Positions 1 to 12,097 of a DNA stretch of 38,655 nucleotides are shown in pieces. How positions within the stretch are numbered: position 1 is the first letter of the stretch; every line of letters starts with the position of its first letter. Both the position numbers and the translations under genes were made by a program. Source of the stretch: Atractiella rhizophila. Taxonomy: Eukaryota. Location: positions 1-38,655 of the forward strand of contig MU271619.1 in the NCBI GenBank assembly GCA_021432655.1. Reading direction: 5' to 3'. The notes beneath the pieces were generated by a model, which did no database searches, was not told where the DNA came from, and was given only the letters and a program-made list of their open reading frames with translations.

Positions 1-2262
1 GATTTATACGACTGCATGTGTCTGAATGTGCCTTGATCCAGTTGTAGTATCAACTGGACTTAGCTGCTACCACCTGAAATCAGATAATTCACACCTGTTC
101 TCAGCTGTCCCCTCCTTGTAAGCAGTCATGTGATAACCTGCGCTCAGGCGCCTCACCCATCTGTATCCACGTGCACCAAGCTGTACCAGTCTAGCCAGAC
201 AGCTGGATTGCACTTCCGCATTAAGTTGAGAGCACAACACATCCGCCTGCACACGTCTGTACTTTATCATTGAATAAGAAAATAGTTCCAACAAGCTTGC
301 TCCTTCCTCTTCATGGCTTTCAGTGTTGCTGCTTCGTGTGGTTCAAATGAATATATATCAAAGCTTCATCAAATTGCAGGTTCGGCGTAATGACATTGAC
401 AAAATTACCTTACAGGTTGAAAGAGGGACTCAGATGGGTGAGATCAGGGATGTGAGGCGGAGGTTCTGTCTATACATAACCACATAACCCCGGGCAGGCA
501 GCATGCGCCCCGACTGTCAACAGACGGTTCCTCGTAGATGGATGGCTAGTGGAAAGGTGGTACCAAAAGTAGAGAACTCTCACTAGCACCTCTTGTCCCC
601 ACTCCCACACCTCACACTGAACCTGCTTGGACCATTTGCTTATGGCACCACTGCGATCACCTCCTCCCCATTCAGCATCATCATCATGATCCACCCTCCC
701 CATCCACATTCGTCCAAGCTCAATTGTGCTGCCCAATGCAGGTGAACCTGCCACATGAGTATTGGCATTTGAGCATGAGCGAGAAGCAGGTGAGATTGAT
801 GAGGGGGAGGAGGGACAGAGACATATGGTGTCGTAGAGGAGGCGGAGGCAGGCCAGGAGTTCCGGTGCAGCGAAACAATAGCTGGCCACAACATAAGACA
901 TAAATCCTGAGATGAGGAGAGCAACTCACACAGGAAAGTACATAAAGATCAAACATATAGTTATGGAGGTTTGAGTTAGGGCTGACACTATGTCCAGTCG
1001 CCGACGGGCGATGCGTCTGTAGTGGAGGTAAACCTAAGTGAATAGTATGGCATGAGAAGACTAACCTGTAGTGGAGGTAAACCTAAGAGAATACTCTGAG
1101 GTCACCACCACTACATCTCGATGTATATATACATATGTAAAGGCACTGCCATAAACTGTAACATACGTTTCTTGAAACATGCAAGATAGCTAGATCAGGA
1201 AAGCAATAAAGGGAATACTCGGAAATAAGACATACTGAGCAGTACAAGTGAGAAAGGATAATAAGGCAATAATGGAGACGGTGCAGACCGGCGAAATGTG
1301 TAAGGTTTGCTGAGCAGCAATTCGTGTGAGATGGGGAAAGGCGGCGGTCAGCGCGAACGTGAGCGAAGCGGCGACGGTTAGGCACGTGATCCTACGACGT
1401 ATTAAAGTAGGTCACGTGACTCAAATGGTGCATTTCGGTAATGCGTAGGGCCAAGCCTGACAGTCTGCTGTCCGATTGAGAAACCACAACCTACTGGCGA
1501 ACCAGAATGACTCACCACATTCTTTCTGATGTTACCCCGAGGGGCTCATTCCAAGAGGTAAAAACATCCAAGTTCAATTTGCCGAACTGTCAACATCACC
1601 TTCAATGATGTTTGACACATCAAGTTTACTCTCCGCTTGTCCTCCCACCTCCCACCACTCTTACAGTCCACACATATCCAACAACTATAGCTACTTTTCT
1701 TCATCTCCAGTAACTCGAGCAGGGAGAGTTGCTCTTGCTGTAAGTTTACTTCTTTCTCACTCAAATGCCCTTTAACCAGTCATCATTATCTAAGTGTGTA
1801 ATTGGATTGGGGACAAGAAGCATTTATGGTATTGAGGTGAGTACTATGTGAAGAGCAAGGGATGGTTTTAAAGTGAATCCCTTAGTGTGAGGAGGTCAAT
1901 ATCTTTCACAGCCTTGTTCTGTGACTCACTGCAATGGCTCAACGTGCCAAGTCAGGCATCAAAGCCTGTGGTGAATGCTTCAATAGAGTCTTTTTTCCAT
2001 GCCCCAGGACGGTTGGTAAGTGGGTGTGGACGATACAACCCCCCTTTTGATAGTGTGACAACAACATGTGCATTACTGGAGTTGTGCAATATAATGATTT
2101 ATGGCATGAGCTTGAGAACAGACCAATGAGACAGTGAGTCAAAGGCATAGTGCCATTGTGCAATAAGGCCCATAGGGCGGCCCTTCCTATGGCACTATAG
2201 AGGGCGAACCATAGAGCCTAGGTGACAAAATGCCTATGAGCTATGATAGGGCTTATATAGTG
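1..2262. mobile_element. Probable decayed transposon-derived sequence, possibly ending in a CACTA/EnSpm-like terminus
   Basis: Strong CpG depletion (7 CpG counted by hand in 1501-2160, versus several per 60 nt in the genes) and no recognisable ORF. 2165-2262 is packed with short CCATAG/CTATG/CTATAG motifs in both orientations and ends in TAGTG (reverse complement of CACTA). No transposase was recognised. Confidence 0.4.
1017..1087. repeat. 22-bp perfect direct repeat, two copies, 27-bp spacer
   Basis: CTGTAGTGGAGGTAAACCTAAG at 1017-1038 and 1066-1087. Confidence 0.9.
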
Positions 2263-2419
2263 TTGGTCGCCTAATCGCAACTAGCCTGCCAAACCTTAAA
2301 ATTGCTCCCTCAGTTTTGGTCCTGGGGACAATCTGTCTGTGAAATATGCTCTAAAGAACCCTTAGATTAAAACCTACAGACAACTTTTTGGAAACTCTTC
2401 TTCCTGAGGAGCAATATTT

Positions 2420-4083
2420 TTGCACCATGAGATTTGGAACAAGTGCTCCGAAGGACTTGCAGGGGGTTTCGCGGATTGGGAAAGCCTCAGTGATTGGGAC
2501 AGCGAATCTCATAGTATTTGGATGAGATCCGTTTCTCTTCAGCTGCATGAATTGCTTGTTGCAGCTGACTCTCAGCTGCAGTTAGCACGAAAGTTGTCCA
2601 GCTTGCACGCTAAGCTGCTCCATAACTGTGATGAATACCTTCATTCCTTGAATGCTGCATCATATATTTGGATTTGGCGTAGACCGGCACCCTTGGCAAA
2701 AAGACGGGAATTTGGTTAGTATGAAAATTTGCTTTCTCTCTCGTGACGCTGATGCTCAATATTAGACGAATTCAGTGACAATCTTACCAAACAGTTCCTG
2801 ATCATCGAAACGTGCTCAAAAAGCCCAATGAACTTTGGAAAGAAAACCAAACAAAACCTCAAACGCCCCAAAACGGAAAAATGAAAACTCAAACAACCTT
2901 GAACCCTGGCCTAAACCCAACCGGGAACGAACGCCGCCAAGGTTAACCAAAAGCCGGCCCCGAACCCCCTTTAAAACGGCCGGCCCCGAAAACTACCGGC
3001 CAATTCCCTCAACCCTCAACAAAAGTCCAAAAACCGGCCCCAAGGTCATCCAAAATTAATAAACCAAGCCAAGAAAAACAAAAAACCCAAAGGAAAGCAA
3101 AGCCTCCCCCAAACAACAAGAAAAAGAGTTGACACCTATCGCAGGTAAAACACCCACCAATGCCACCTGCACACCTTCAGTCAGAGGATAGTGCAGTGAA
3201 CCTGTCGAATATTTTATTTCGATGTAATCAGGACCTTCGGTTTCTTGTTCGCTCTGTAAAGTGGGCCAATGCCGCTATCCAATCTCGCTGGCTTGTCTCA
3301 CCCCAAGAAGTTCGTGTCGTACAAGAGGACTTGCGTTTTGTTTTGCTTTTACTACTTCATGACTACGAAGCGTTCGTGAAGGACTTTCTCGCAGTCTTCG
3401 AGAATGTTTTGTTGGAGAAGAATCCTGCGGATGAAAATGCCAGGGGTATTGTTTCCCATCTCCATCATTCTTTTTCGCGAACTTCCAGGACGCTGCTCTC
3501 TACTATTGCCTTTATCCGACCGGCAAGCGAGCTTCTGGCACATTCTTTAACTTGCCAATTGGAACGTGTTCAGATCAACTATCGTGGATTGGCTGCAATG
3601 ATCATTTGGATCGGATTAAAGTGGTACCAGCTTTGTACGTATGCTCAAATCATGAAGAGCGCACTGATTCTCAACAGGGTGTCTTCAACCGACTGCTTAT
3701 TCCGCCTATTTTAACGACCGTGTCTTGCCCCTTCCGTTTAGCCGAACTGGCCTTCCACAGGACGAATCAGCGAAGGAAAGATTGGGAAAATGGCTTGCAG
3801 ATATTCGTCAAAGTCAAGATCGATTGTGGTCAATGACTTACGCGTTGAAGAAGTATGTCAACGATATTCAAGAAATGGTACAAAGCGCCAACACTGATGA
3901 CGCTGGAACGCACATCCGAAGCAGGAGAATGTGGATGAGCTCAGAATCTCGGCCAGTGAGTTTACCACTTCTCGAAAAGATTTCGAGGAGGACGCAGACT
4001 TCCTGCAGGGAGAATACAAACCCATTGCTAAGGCCAACTGGAGTCAAATGCAACCTGAGGTTCGAAGAGTTCGGCTCTGGTGA
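2420..4083 (+). pseudogene. Degenerate multi-exon gene of an unrecognised family (copy A); boundaries approximate
   Basis: Coding-like segments at 2420-2716, from 2766 (DEFSDNLTKQFLIIETCS), 3160-3640 and 3755-4083 (ends KANWSQMQPEVRRVRLW*). Collinear similarity to 25038-25802. Apparent frameshift near 3920 relative to copy B. Overlaps a low-quality patch. Confidence 0.5.
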
Positions 4084-4542
4084 TTTGTATTGTTGCAAAT
4101 CGGCGCTGTTTTGTTTCAGAGTACACGAAACCCCAATACAATTCATAAGTTATATTCTTCTTGTGTCCAGTTCCAAACGACTTGACACAGCCAAAGGGTC
4201 TTCTAGAGCTTTCAAATAAGTCTGTGAGAGGATCATGAGCAGCTGAAAGTAACTAAGTTTGAGATTTCTTCGGCTGCAATCTATCTATCCAGATCTGTCT
4301 CATCTTTCCCACATTTCCCTATCAGGATTTGTAGATATTTGAAGTTTCAGGCTTTCCGTTTCGATTGTGTTCCCTGTGTAAAGACCAGATTGAGGAATTC
4401 AAGGCTTCGATAGAACTTCAAGCTTTAACTTCGAACATAATTTGATTTCTTTCATTCTTCAGTCATGAATATCGCTATGTTCGGGGAAAGTGCCTTAAAC
4501 CTGAAACAGTCATTCAAGGTGACAACATTACGTCTCCTCGCC

Positions 4543-5465
4543 TCAGAAGTTTTCCCAATTTTCTCCAGGTGCCCAGAAATTGCCTGATTCTTCAGGCTTA
4601 ATCGTCTCGATTCGTTTCACCAGCCCGTTGACGCTCTCTTCAGTGGTCAACATCGCCCGCTCACTTCCCATATCTGTCTTTACCCAGCCAGGCTATCGTC
4701 CCTCTACATGAGCAAAAGACGAAATAATAACGAGGACTCGACGCACATGAAGCAGAATAATCGTAAAGCCTTCTGGCTTAAGCTCAGCCGCCAGCTTCCT
4801 CGAAAACATGTTTAGTCCTACTCACATCAGATATCGGCCTCGCTAGTATATATAGGAGGAACTGACCAGCTTTGCTAACGGCGTATGGAGCAGATCCTCC
4901 AAGGTTCCCAGGCCCAAAGATGTCCTTCTCTGTGCCAACAGGGCCAATCAACCCAAGGGTGCTGGAGGCCATCAGGATTTTCTTGTCATTTCCGGTTCGG
5001 AGGAGAGGAAGGAAGCCCTTGGTCGTCTCCACCACCCCTACTACGTTCACCCGGAAGGTTTCGAGGAAGTCCTCCGGTTCCCAAGAAGTAGCTTTGCTCG
5101 CCAGGCTGACCCAGAAATCACGAGGGCCACCGATGCCGGCGCTGTAAGAAGCCAATGTGAGAACGTGTCCTTAAGAGAGAGGAGGGTTACTTGTTGATGA
5201 GTACGTCGACTCCCTTCAGACCTCTGACCGCCAGTTCCTTTCCGACTTGCTCAACAGCTTTCGTGATCTCAGCCGTCACACTTGTATCCGCTTGAATAAT
5301 AAGTATGTTCTTCCTCTCACTCGCCAAGGTAGCCAACGAGGCGGCCGCAGATGGGTTGCGAACCAATGCAAAGATTAGATTAGAAGACACGGCAGAGAGC
5401 TGCTTGACGAGCTCGAGCCCAATGCCGCGAGAGGTACCGGTGATAACGAAGACTTTGGTCGACAT
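4543..5465 (-). CDS. Short-chain dehydrogenase/reductase (CsgA/C-factor-like classical SDR), 4 exons
   Basis: TGTSRGIG cofactor motif; INNAG formed across intron 5142-5190; YAVSK (YxxxK) catalytic motif; HPGWVKTDMG across the last intron; stop TGA at 4543-4545. Confidence 0.93.
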
Positions 5466-5538
5466 GGCGGATGAAGATTTCTCTGGTGTTGGTTTGAATT
5501 GACTGCTTTCTGGGACAGGGACGGTTCCTCCTACCTCA

Positions 5539-5545
5539 TTTTATA
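5539..5545 (-). promoter_or_regulatory. Candidate TATA box of the SDR gene
   Basis: TATAAAA on the minus strand about 75 nt upstream of the ATG at 5465. Confidence 0.45.
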
Positions 5546-6227
5546 CCTTTCAGCAAAGTGGAGGGCACGGACTGTGCTCTTCTAGTTGGTAAGCGCGTGA
5601 AGCATGACAATGCGACAGAACTCGATGTTCTCCTTGGTGAACGCCTGGAGGTGAGCACAGTGTGCACCGAGAAATGCAACCGCGGATGATTACGCGTCGA
5701 GACGGCTGATGAAGCAGTTCTCACTTTGAACAGACGCATTTCGTCAGCTCTGTGTAGCCTGCGTGCAAGAATCTCAACGTGAATGGTGACGAGAAGACGG
5801 CACGCGGAACCACGGTTCCTCGGAAGGGAGAAATGCAAGGCGCCTTTCCCTTCCAGCTCCACTATCGAACGTCTAGTGCTTATGCACACGAAGGCTTAAC
5901 CTCGAGCGTATGCTCGAAGTGCTATTACGCGTACCCGTTCCAGGCGTTCCAGGCAGTTCAAAGGGATGGCAGAGGTACTTCAAGTACTTCAACACGGGTT
6001 TCAATGGCCGTGATACTGCTCACTCATCCACTTCAGGTTTCATCCTGAAACTGCTACTCCCATGAGTTGCCATGAGTGTTTCGTATCATATATCACTCCG
6101 AATGGCAGAGATGTTCCATTCGAGCGCACGTGACAGGATCATTGCCGTCATCAACGTGCATCAAGTGCCGCGTTCAACGAAACAACAAACTGAGTGAGCA
6201 GCGAAATCGCCTCCCGTCGACTCATCC

Positions 6228-7173
6228 ATGGCCCTCCAATCCATGCCTATGAACCACACTTCTCCCCAGCCTTCTCCCACGAAAAAGCGTCTCAAGTCTC
6301 CCGTCAAGAAGTCAACGATGGTCGCGTATTCCGACTCAGGGTACTCAGCCGACGATTCTTCAGCGGCACCAGCCCCTGTTCCCTCCCTCACTGCAGCCGA
6401 GAAGCGGACGCTGCTCGCTAACTTTGATCTCGAGGAGGAGGCGCAATGGCAGGTCTTAGAACAGAGGTGCAATTCGATGTTATTGCGCTCAAAGCAGGCG
6501 CTAGAGAGAAAAGTGTCGCTTTTACCTGGGTTCTATAAGGATGTCAATGTGAGGATGCTGGTCGAGTGTGGATACGATCCGAAAGTCGTACAGAGGAGGT
6601 TGATGGAGTCGAAAGTGAATGAGGTGAGAGCTGAGGTGGAGAGGGAGGAACGACCACGGTATGTTATGCTTCCTCTTTCAGTTAAGGGACAGTGGAAATG
6701 ATGTACTTCACCTGCGCAGGATGAAACGAACGGCAGAAAAAGCATTCTCTGGTTCTGCCTCCCAGAGTGGTACAGAAGCTCAGAAACGATCGAAAACCCG
6801 TACGTCAGCGCTTTAGCCAAATTCACCGCATTAATTAATGGAGACGAGAGCAGCCCGAGCAGAAACATCACGTTCAAAGTCAAAATCGAAGCTTTCCGCC
6901 GCTCCCATTTCATCGACTTCCGCTTCCCGCCCTCCGGCTGGTCCCTTCACCTTCTCCCTCAATGCCTCTGACAACACGGGAGACGAGAGGATGCGCGCGT
7001 TACGCGGTGAGTTGTACAAACATGAATTGCCAGAAGAGACGAGAAGGGCTTTGGAGAGGAGATTTCTCGAGATTTTTGGGGGAGATGGAGCTGGAGCAGG
7101 CAGGAATGGAACGGGTGAAGAGGAGAGGGTGGGGGAGGTGGAACATGGGTTGAGGAAGATGACGATTCAGTGA
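6228..7173 (+). CDS. Borealin/Nbl1 N-terminal domain protein (chromosomal passenger complex subunit-like), about 3 exons
   Basis: EKRTLLANFDLEEEAQ...ALERKVSLLP...VNVRML resembles the Nbl1/Borealin_N pattern as recalled. GT-AG intron 6659-6719 and a second donor (GTACGT) at 6800. The 3' exon boundary is uncertain. Confidence 0.7.
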
Positions 7174-7350
7174 TTCAGTGGTGAGTAGTTTCTCACCGAC
7201 GGTACTAGTAGCGGATTCCTTCTTTTGGATGCGACTTAGCTTGTCCTGTTGTATAATGTACTCAATTCCTCATTTCTTGTTCATTGCGACCATTCTTTGA
7301 AATTTGCACATCAATTCTTCGTTACAACAATTGAATCGATGTGTAACTTC

Positions 7351-9141
7351 TTAGCAAGGACCATCTGTGCTCTTCGTTAGTCTGGTTTAGAGAATAAAGG
7401 GCAAAGGACACACATTTGGCCGCAGCGACGCTTCCCTCGATTCCCGCATTGGCAGTTTGGACAGTGAACTGACTACCACCCTGATCGGGAGCATACCACA
7501 CCGATCCCTGTCATTTCTGACCATCAAGTCTTGTTCTTGTTACATAGACGAGAAAGGAGAGGCACGCACGCAGATGTTAGCTGCTCCTGTCCCATAATGC
7601 ACAATAGCCGATTCCTGCGCTCCAATGAAACCAGAATACTTTGCCGTTCGAGCTGGATCATTGGCTTCGTCGAGGTAGTACTGGAGGTGCTTCATCCAGA
7701 TTCCCTGTGCTCATTTTTAGCACGTCCCCTTGTGTGGGGTACGCGACAGGGAAAGAATGACCTTGAAACATTTCTGATCGTTGTTACATGCCCCAGTCGA
7801 ACTGGCCGCATTGTCGCACGACTCCTTGAGGATCCCATTCTGTGTAAGATGCGAGATTGTGGCGTCCAGAGTGATTTCGGCTTGGTCGAGTAATGAAGGG
7901 TTGTTGGTCGCGCTTGCCAGAGCAGCGAGTCCAGAGGCGACTACCCCTTGGTTGTAGATCCACGTCGTCTTTTTCAGTCCTCTTTAGCTAGACTCTGGTT
8001 GAAGAAGGAGAAGAGAGATCAGACCTGTCCATTGTTCTTGCAGTCTGATGTTAGACCGTCGTTGTATAAGCCATCACTGTTTCTCATCCCAGAAGCGCTG
8101 ACTGTTCCCAATTGCCCAAACTTAGCCATGCATGCGCTCTTCTTCCCCGGCAGAAAATGAAGGGGACGAACGCCAGTTCCATTCCTTGATCGCATTATCC
8201 AAGTATTTCTGCCCAAATCCACGTAGATATCCCTTTGCAGAGATGTAGAGGAAGAGCTCGTTCGTGACAGCGTTCTTGTAGTCCTCTGCGCTGGACCACC
8301 ACACTTTCCGCCGTCCATATTAGAATATCTTTGCTACAATGCTAAGCAGTGAAGGATCTCACCTCCACCACCGCAACTGTTGATGAGAGAAGATTAGACC
8401 CATGAAAGAGAAGGAAGACATAGCACACGTTGAAGTGTCCCACTTAGTCTCGATGATGTCGTAAATCTTTTGCGCTGCAGTCTTCGTACCAAACGTCAAA
8501 TGTCGGCACAGGTTGCTAGCGGAAGAAAAAGTACGATGTAATTGCTTCCATCCTGTCCTCTCGCATACTTATAGTCCGCAATCTTCCAACATGCGAGGAT
8601 AAGCCACTGCGACACGACATTATCTTCTTCCATCCTAGCTCAGGGTAGTGAAAAGAAACAAACCTGCGCGTCATCATAGGAACCCCCAATATAAGAATTC
8701 CAATCCGTGATGACCAAGTTCACTGCTCTTCCTATGTAGGATTCATCCGCGACGCCTGAAAAGTCATCGTTCCCCGCACCGAGCATGAGATTGTGAAGGT
8801 TCTCGAGCAGGTTCTGTTCATGTTATCAGGGACCCTAATCGGAACAGAGGTTCAGGAGACGACAAACCGAATCTGTCCAGAGGATGCCGTCCCGCCAGCG
8901 ACCTATCGAGAGGGTGGTGTAGTAGTAGGTGCTTTGCATTGTGTGTGCGGCACTCTAAATCATGTCCATGAGTTCCTATTCAATGCAAGAGTGAAAGACT
9001 TACATTCGCGAAACTGAGCGTTGCAGCACACTGGCGCTTGTCCAACGAATGCAGTATGTCATCATCATAATTTACCAGAGGAAAAGCAGAAGCAATTCCA
9101 ACAGTGCTAGCGAGGAGGATCGCTGCAAGGTGGGACAGCAT
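7351..9141 (-). CDS. Secreted glycoside hydrolase family 76 protein (alpha-1,6-mannanase/Dcw1-Dfg5 family), many exons
   Basis: Signal peptide MLSHLAAILLASTVGIASA. GH76 motifs SYDDAQW (catalytic DD), CGGGVWW, YKNAVTNELF, LYNDGL, WIYNQG. 14-nt micro-exon at 8363-8376. Ends KYGPC* (TAA 7351-7353). Confidence 0.9.
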
Positions 9142-10991
9142 TTTGGGTTCTTGGATAATGAACCAGGTGACGGACGTGATATTTGTAGCTGTACTCCTGA
9201 TAATTACTGTATAGGAGGTCTCGGGATTTATACTCGACCAACAGCTCCTATTATGACGAGCTTGTAACCCCATGGAGCGTGGCCTTGTGGGGATTGGCGC
9301 GTGCAGCTGTATGCTATCGATTTGGATCAGGATAGAGAAATGTCTGAACGCCTGCGCCAGAACCAGATGCTGCAAATTGCGAGCCGCTTGTGATCTAAAA
9401 TGGAGCGTTGACCACCTCCCAAGTACTGTAACTTCGACATTATTGCATCGATCTTGCCTTATTCGTGACGCTTTGACAGTCTTGGATGCGAGTGAAGGAG
9501 CAGCCAAGAGACCAGCAAGAACTCAAGTCACCTGACCCCTGCGAGTCCGGCATCTCGTGTGTGTCCGATAGTCGGCACAGTGTACGTAATGGTCATTCTT
9601 CTCCGTATAAAACAACAGTAAAAACGACGATTCCCCTGTCATATCCATAAATCAGAAATCCTTTCTTGTTTTTCCAGACAAAGCGAAAACCAGGATATTA
9701 AACATGGAAGAGGAGGGAAGCCTCTTGGAGGCTGTAGGCATCGTTGTTTCGCTCCTTTTCTTTGCCCTCGTTTGTGTTGGAGGATACTTTGGTATGCAAG
9801 CATACAATCAGGGCATCGCGTGAGTTCTTTCATCAACGATGATGGGATAAGATGGGTATGAGGAGAGATGCTGCTTGATTCGTCACGGCAACAAAAATCC
9901 TGAAAATATCAGGCGATCATCATTAGCACTAGGGTTCTAGCTTAACTTCTTGAGCCTGCTGTTATGAACATGGTGCTGACTCGCTCTGGGATGGTAGGAA
10001 CACCAAAGCTTCCTTGAAGAAGCGCGGGTATACCCTCACTGAGGATGGAATGCAGGTCAAGACGGAACATCGATCGAGCACAGTGTCTGAGCAGACAGAC
10101 GCCATGAACTTGTAAGACCCCCATTTGTTTTCTCTCTCCACCGTATTGACCGCATTGAGCAGGGGAATCCGAAGATTGTGGAAGAACACAAGTCCGTGCA
10201 TTCTCTCTCAGCTCGATCGAAGCTTACATACTTGTTGACGGCACACTGAACAGAGTTCAATGTCCCCCCTATCCTTGCTGGTACTGGTCTTTCAGGGAGT
10301 AAACACGATAAGAATAAAGATGTTCGTCCTATTTATCTGTCTTTGAAGCAATTATGAAGCTGATGCTGTGACAAAAGGAATGGGAACAGAAGCGTCAGTC
10401 CTTTGTATCGAAGTCAACAGAGTTTAAATCTGAAAATTTGTGTAGATGGGCCAAAGAAGAAGTATCTCTAGGTTTCCCTAGTTTCTTTTCGTCAAAGGTG
10501 GTCTCGATTCCTTCTAGTCACAAATGCATGAGCTAACCTGTAGGCCTAGGTTATAGGATTGGAGCTCGCATCATTCGCACACACGACACTCTCCCTCCTT
10601 CTCGCATTATAGACAATAAGTTAAGTGATGTGGATAAGTCGCTAAGTCGTTGGTTCGGTACATGTTGGCTGCTTGTCCAATGAATGTATCATATCACCTT
10701 CCAACGTTGCACAAGCCAATTTCAGATGTTCCTATAACAAGTGCTATCAGCTTCAACTTCTCCCTTTTCCCGCCACGACAGTTTCGCAGGTGTCGAAAAT
10801 TCCCGATCTACCGCCAACGGCGCAGGCGTGGTTGTCATTTGTAATCGTTCCCGTTTCTCATCAGTCCCGTACCAAGCGAAGCTTCCCGAGACTCCTTGAT
10901 CTGCTACGGGCTACGGGCGCAAGATAAAAGGTGCGCAGATGCCCCTTTCCCTCCCTTCCTATAACAAGCTAAGACTCCCGTTTTAGCAAGC

Positions 10992-10998
10992 TATAAAA
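10992..10998 (+). promoter_or_regulatory. Candidate TATA box of the GPI-protein gene
   Basis: TATAAAA followed by a pyrimidine-rich tract, about 130 nt upstream of ATG 11130. Confidence 0.55.
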
Positions 10999-11129
10999 AC
11001 CTTCCTTCCTGCCCCTCTTCCCACTCGCACATCCGATATCCATCATCGACTGTCCTTGACTTCTCTATTATTCGCCACTACCCTAAGCCACTCTTAACGA
11101 CTTTATCTCTAACCATTAATCAAGAAAGA

Positions 11130-12097
11130 ATGTATTTTCTCCTCGCGTCGCTCCTCGCTCTCCCCGCTGTCGTCTTCGGCCAGGATGCGTTGGTCATAAA
11201 CGTTTATCTCTTTTATTTTTGCAACGGCAGGATGGCTAATTCATGGGTGTCTGGCAACACAGACTCCTTCTTCAGCTGTCGAATGCCAGCCTATCGCCAT
11301 CAGCTTTAGTGGTGGAACGGCTCCTTATTACATTAGCGTCATTCGTTCGTCACCCTCTCCCCTTTTCCCTCAAAAATACAACCACTGACGTGATGGATGT
11401 GGGCAACAGCTGGCGGTCAGCCCTCAGCTGCTGCTCTGGTCCAGTTTCCGGATCAAACTGCAGCGGGTTCTATCACGTGGACCGTTAGTCTTTTCTCTTA
11501 CTCTCTTCTTATTGAAAATGACATTGTATGTTTCGTATTGGATGGATAGGTAAACATCGCAGCGGGAACCGCCATCACATTCGCCATCAGGGACGGAGAC
11601 GGGAGCACGAACTATTCGGACCAGCTCACAATCCAGGAGGGAACGAGTGACGCGTGTTTGACCCAATCCGCCTCTGTGTCCTCCGCCGGTGGAGTCGCGA
11701 CCCTCTCTGCTGTGTCTGGGTCTGACTCCGCCTCGGTCTCTGTCACAACCTCTGGATCTGTTTCTACCTCTGGAAGCGTGAGGACGACTGCGTCCACGAC
11801 CGTCAGGTCCACGTCTACGACCTCTAAGGCGTGAGTGTTCCATTCGTTTCTTAGTGTAAACCTGTGTGTTCGAGGATGAAATGTTGACGAATTGAACCCG
11901 ATGGGGCAGCACAACCACTGGCACGAATACGGCTCCTACCACCTCCGCCACGTCTACCAATGGATCTGGGGCTGCTCAGCGTGCGTCGCCTCCTCTCTCC
12001 CCACTTCCGTCGCACTGATGACTGGCTTTTTGTTGGAATAGACGGCATCTCGCTTCTTGGAGCGGCACTCGCTGTCGTTGGCGTGATTGCTCTCTGA
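11130..12097 (+). CDS. Secreted Ser/Thr-rich, probably GPI-anchored cell-surface protein, 6 exons
   Basis: Spliced product MYFLLASLLALPAVVFG (signal) - INTPSSAVECQPIAISFSGGTAPYYISVIPGG...WTVNIAAGTAITFAIRD - long S/T tract - GSGAAQHGISLLGAALAVVGVIAL* (hydrophobic tail). All five introns are GT-AG. Missed by the ORF track. Confidence 0.85.

Noticed and set aside
1017..1087. CRISPR-like repeat-spacer-repeat
   Set aside because: Only two copies, eukaryotic context and no cas genes.
1510..2106. Minus-strand frame whose stops could all be read as C-to-T mutated codons
   Set aside because: Any stop codon can be read that way, and the stop density is about what random sequence gives; no protein was recognised.
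2835..3059. K/P/N-rich 74-aa ORF
   Set aside because: It lies in the T-depleted patch, where stop codons are rare for compositional reasons.
9639..10300. Short minus-strand ORFs with some splice-like signals between the GH76 and GPI genes
   Set aside because: No consistent spliced frame or recognisable motif; possibly a decayed gene but unsupported.
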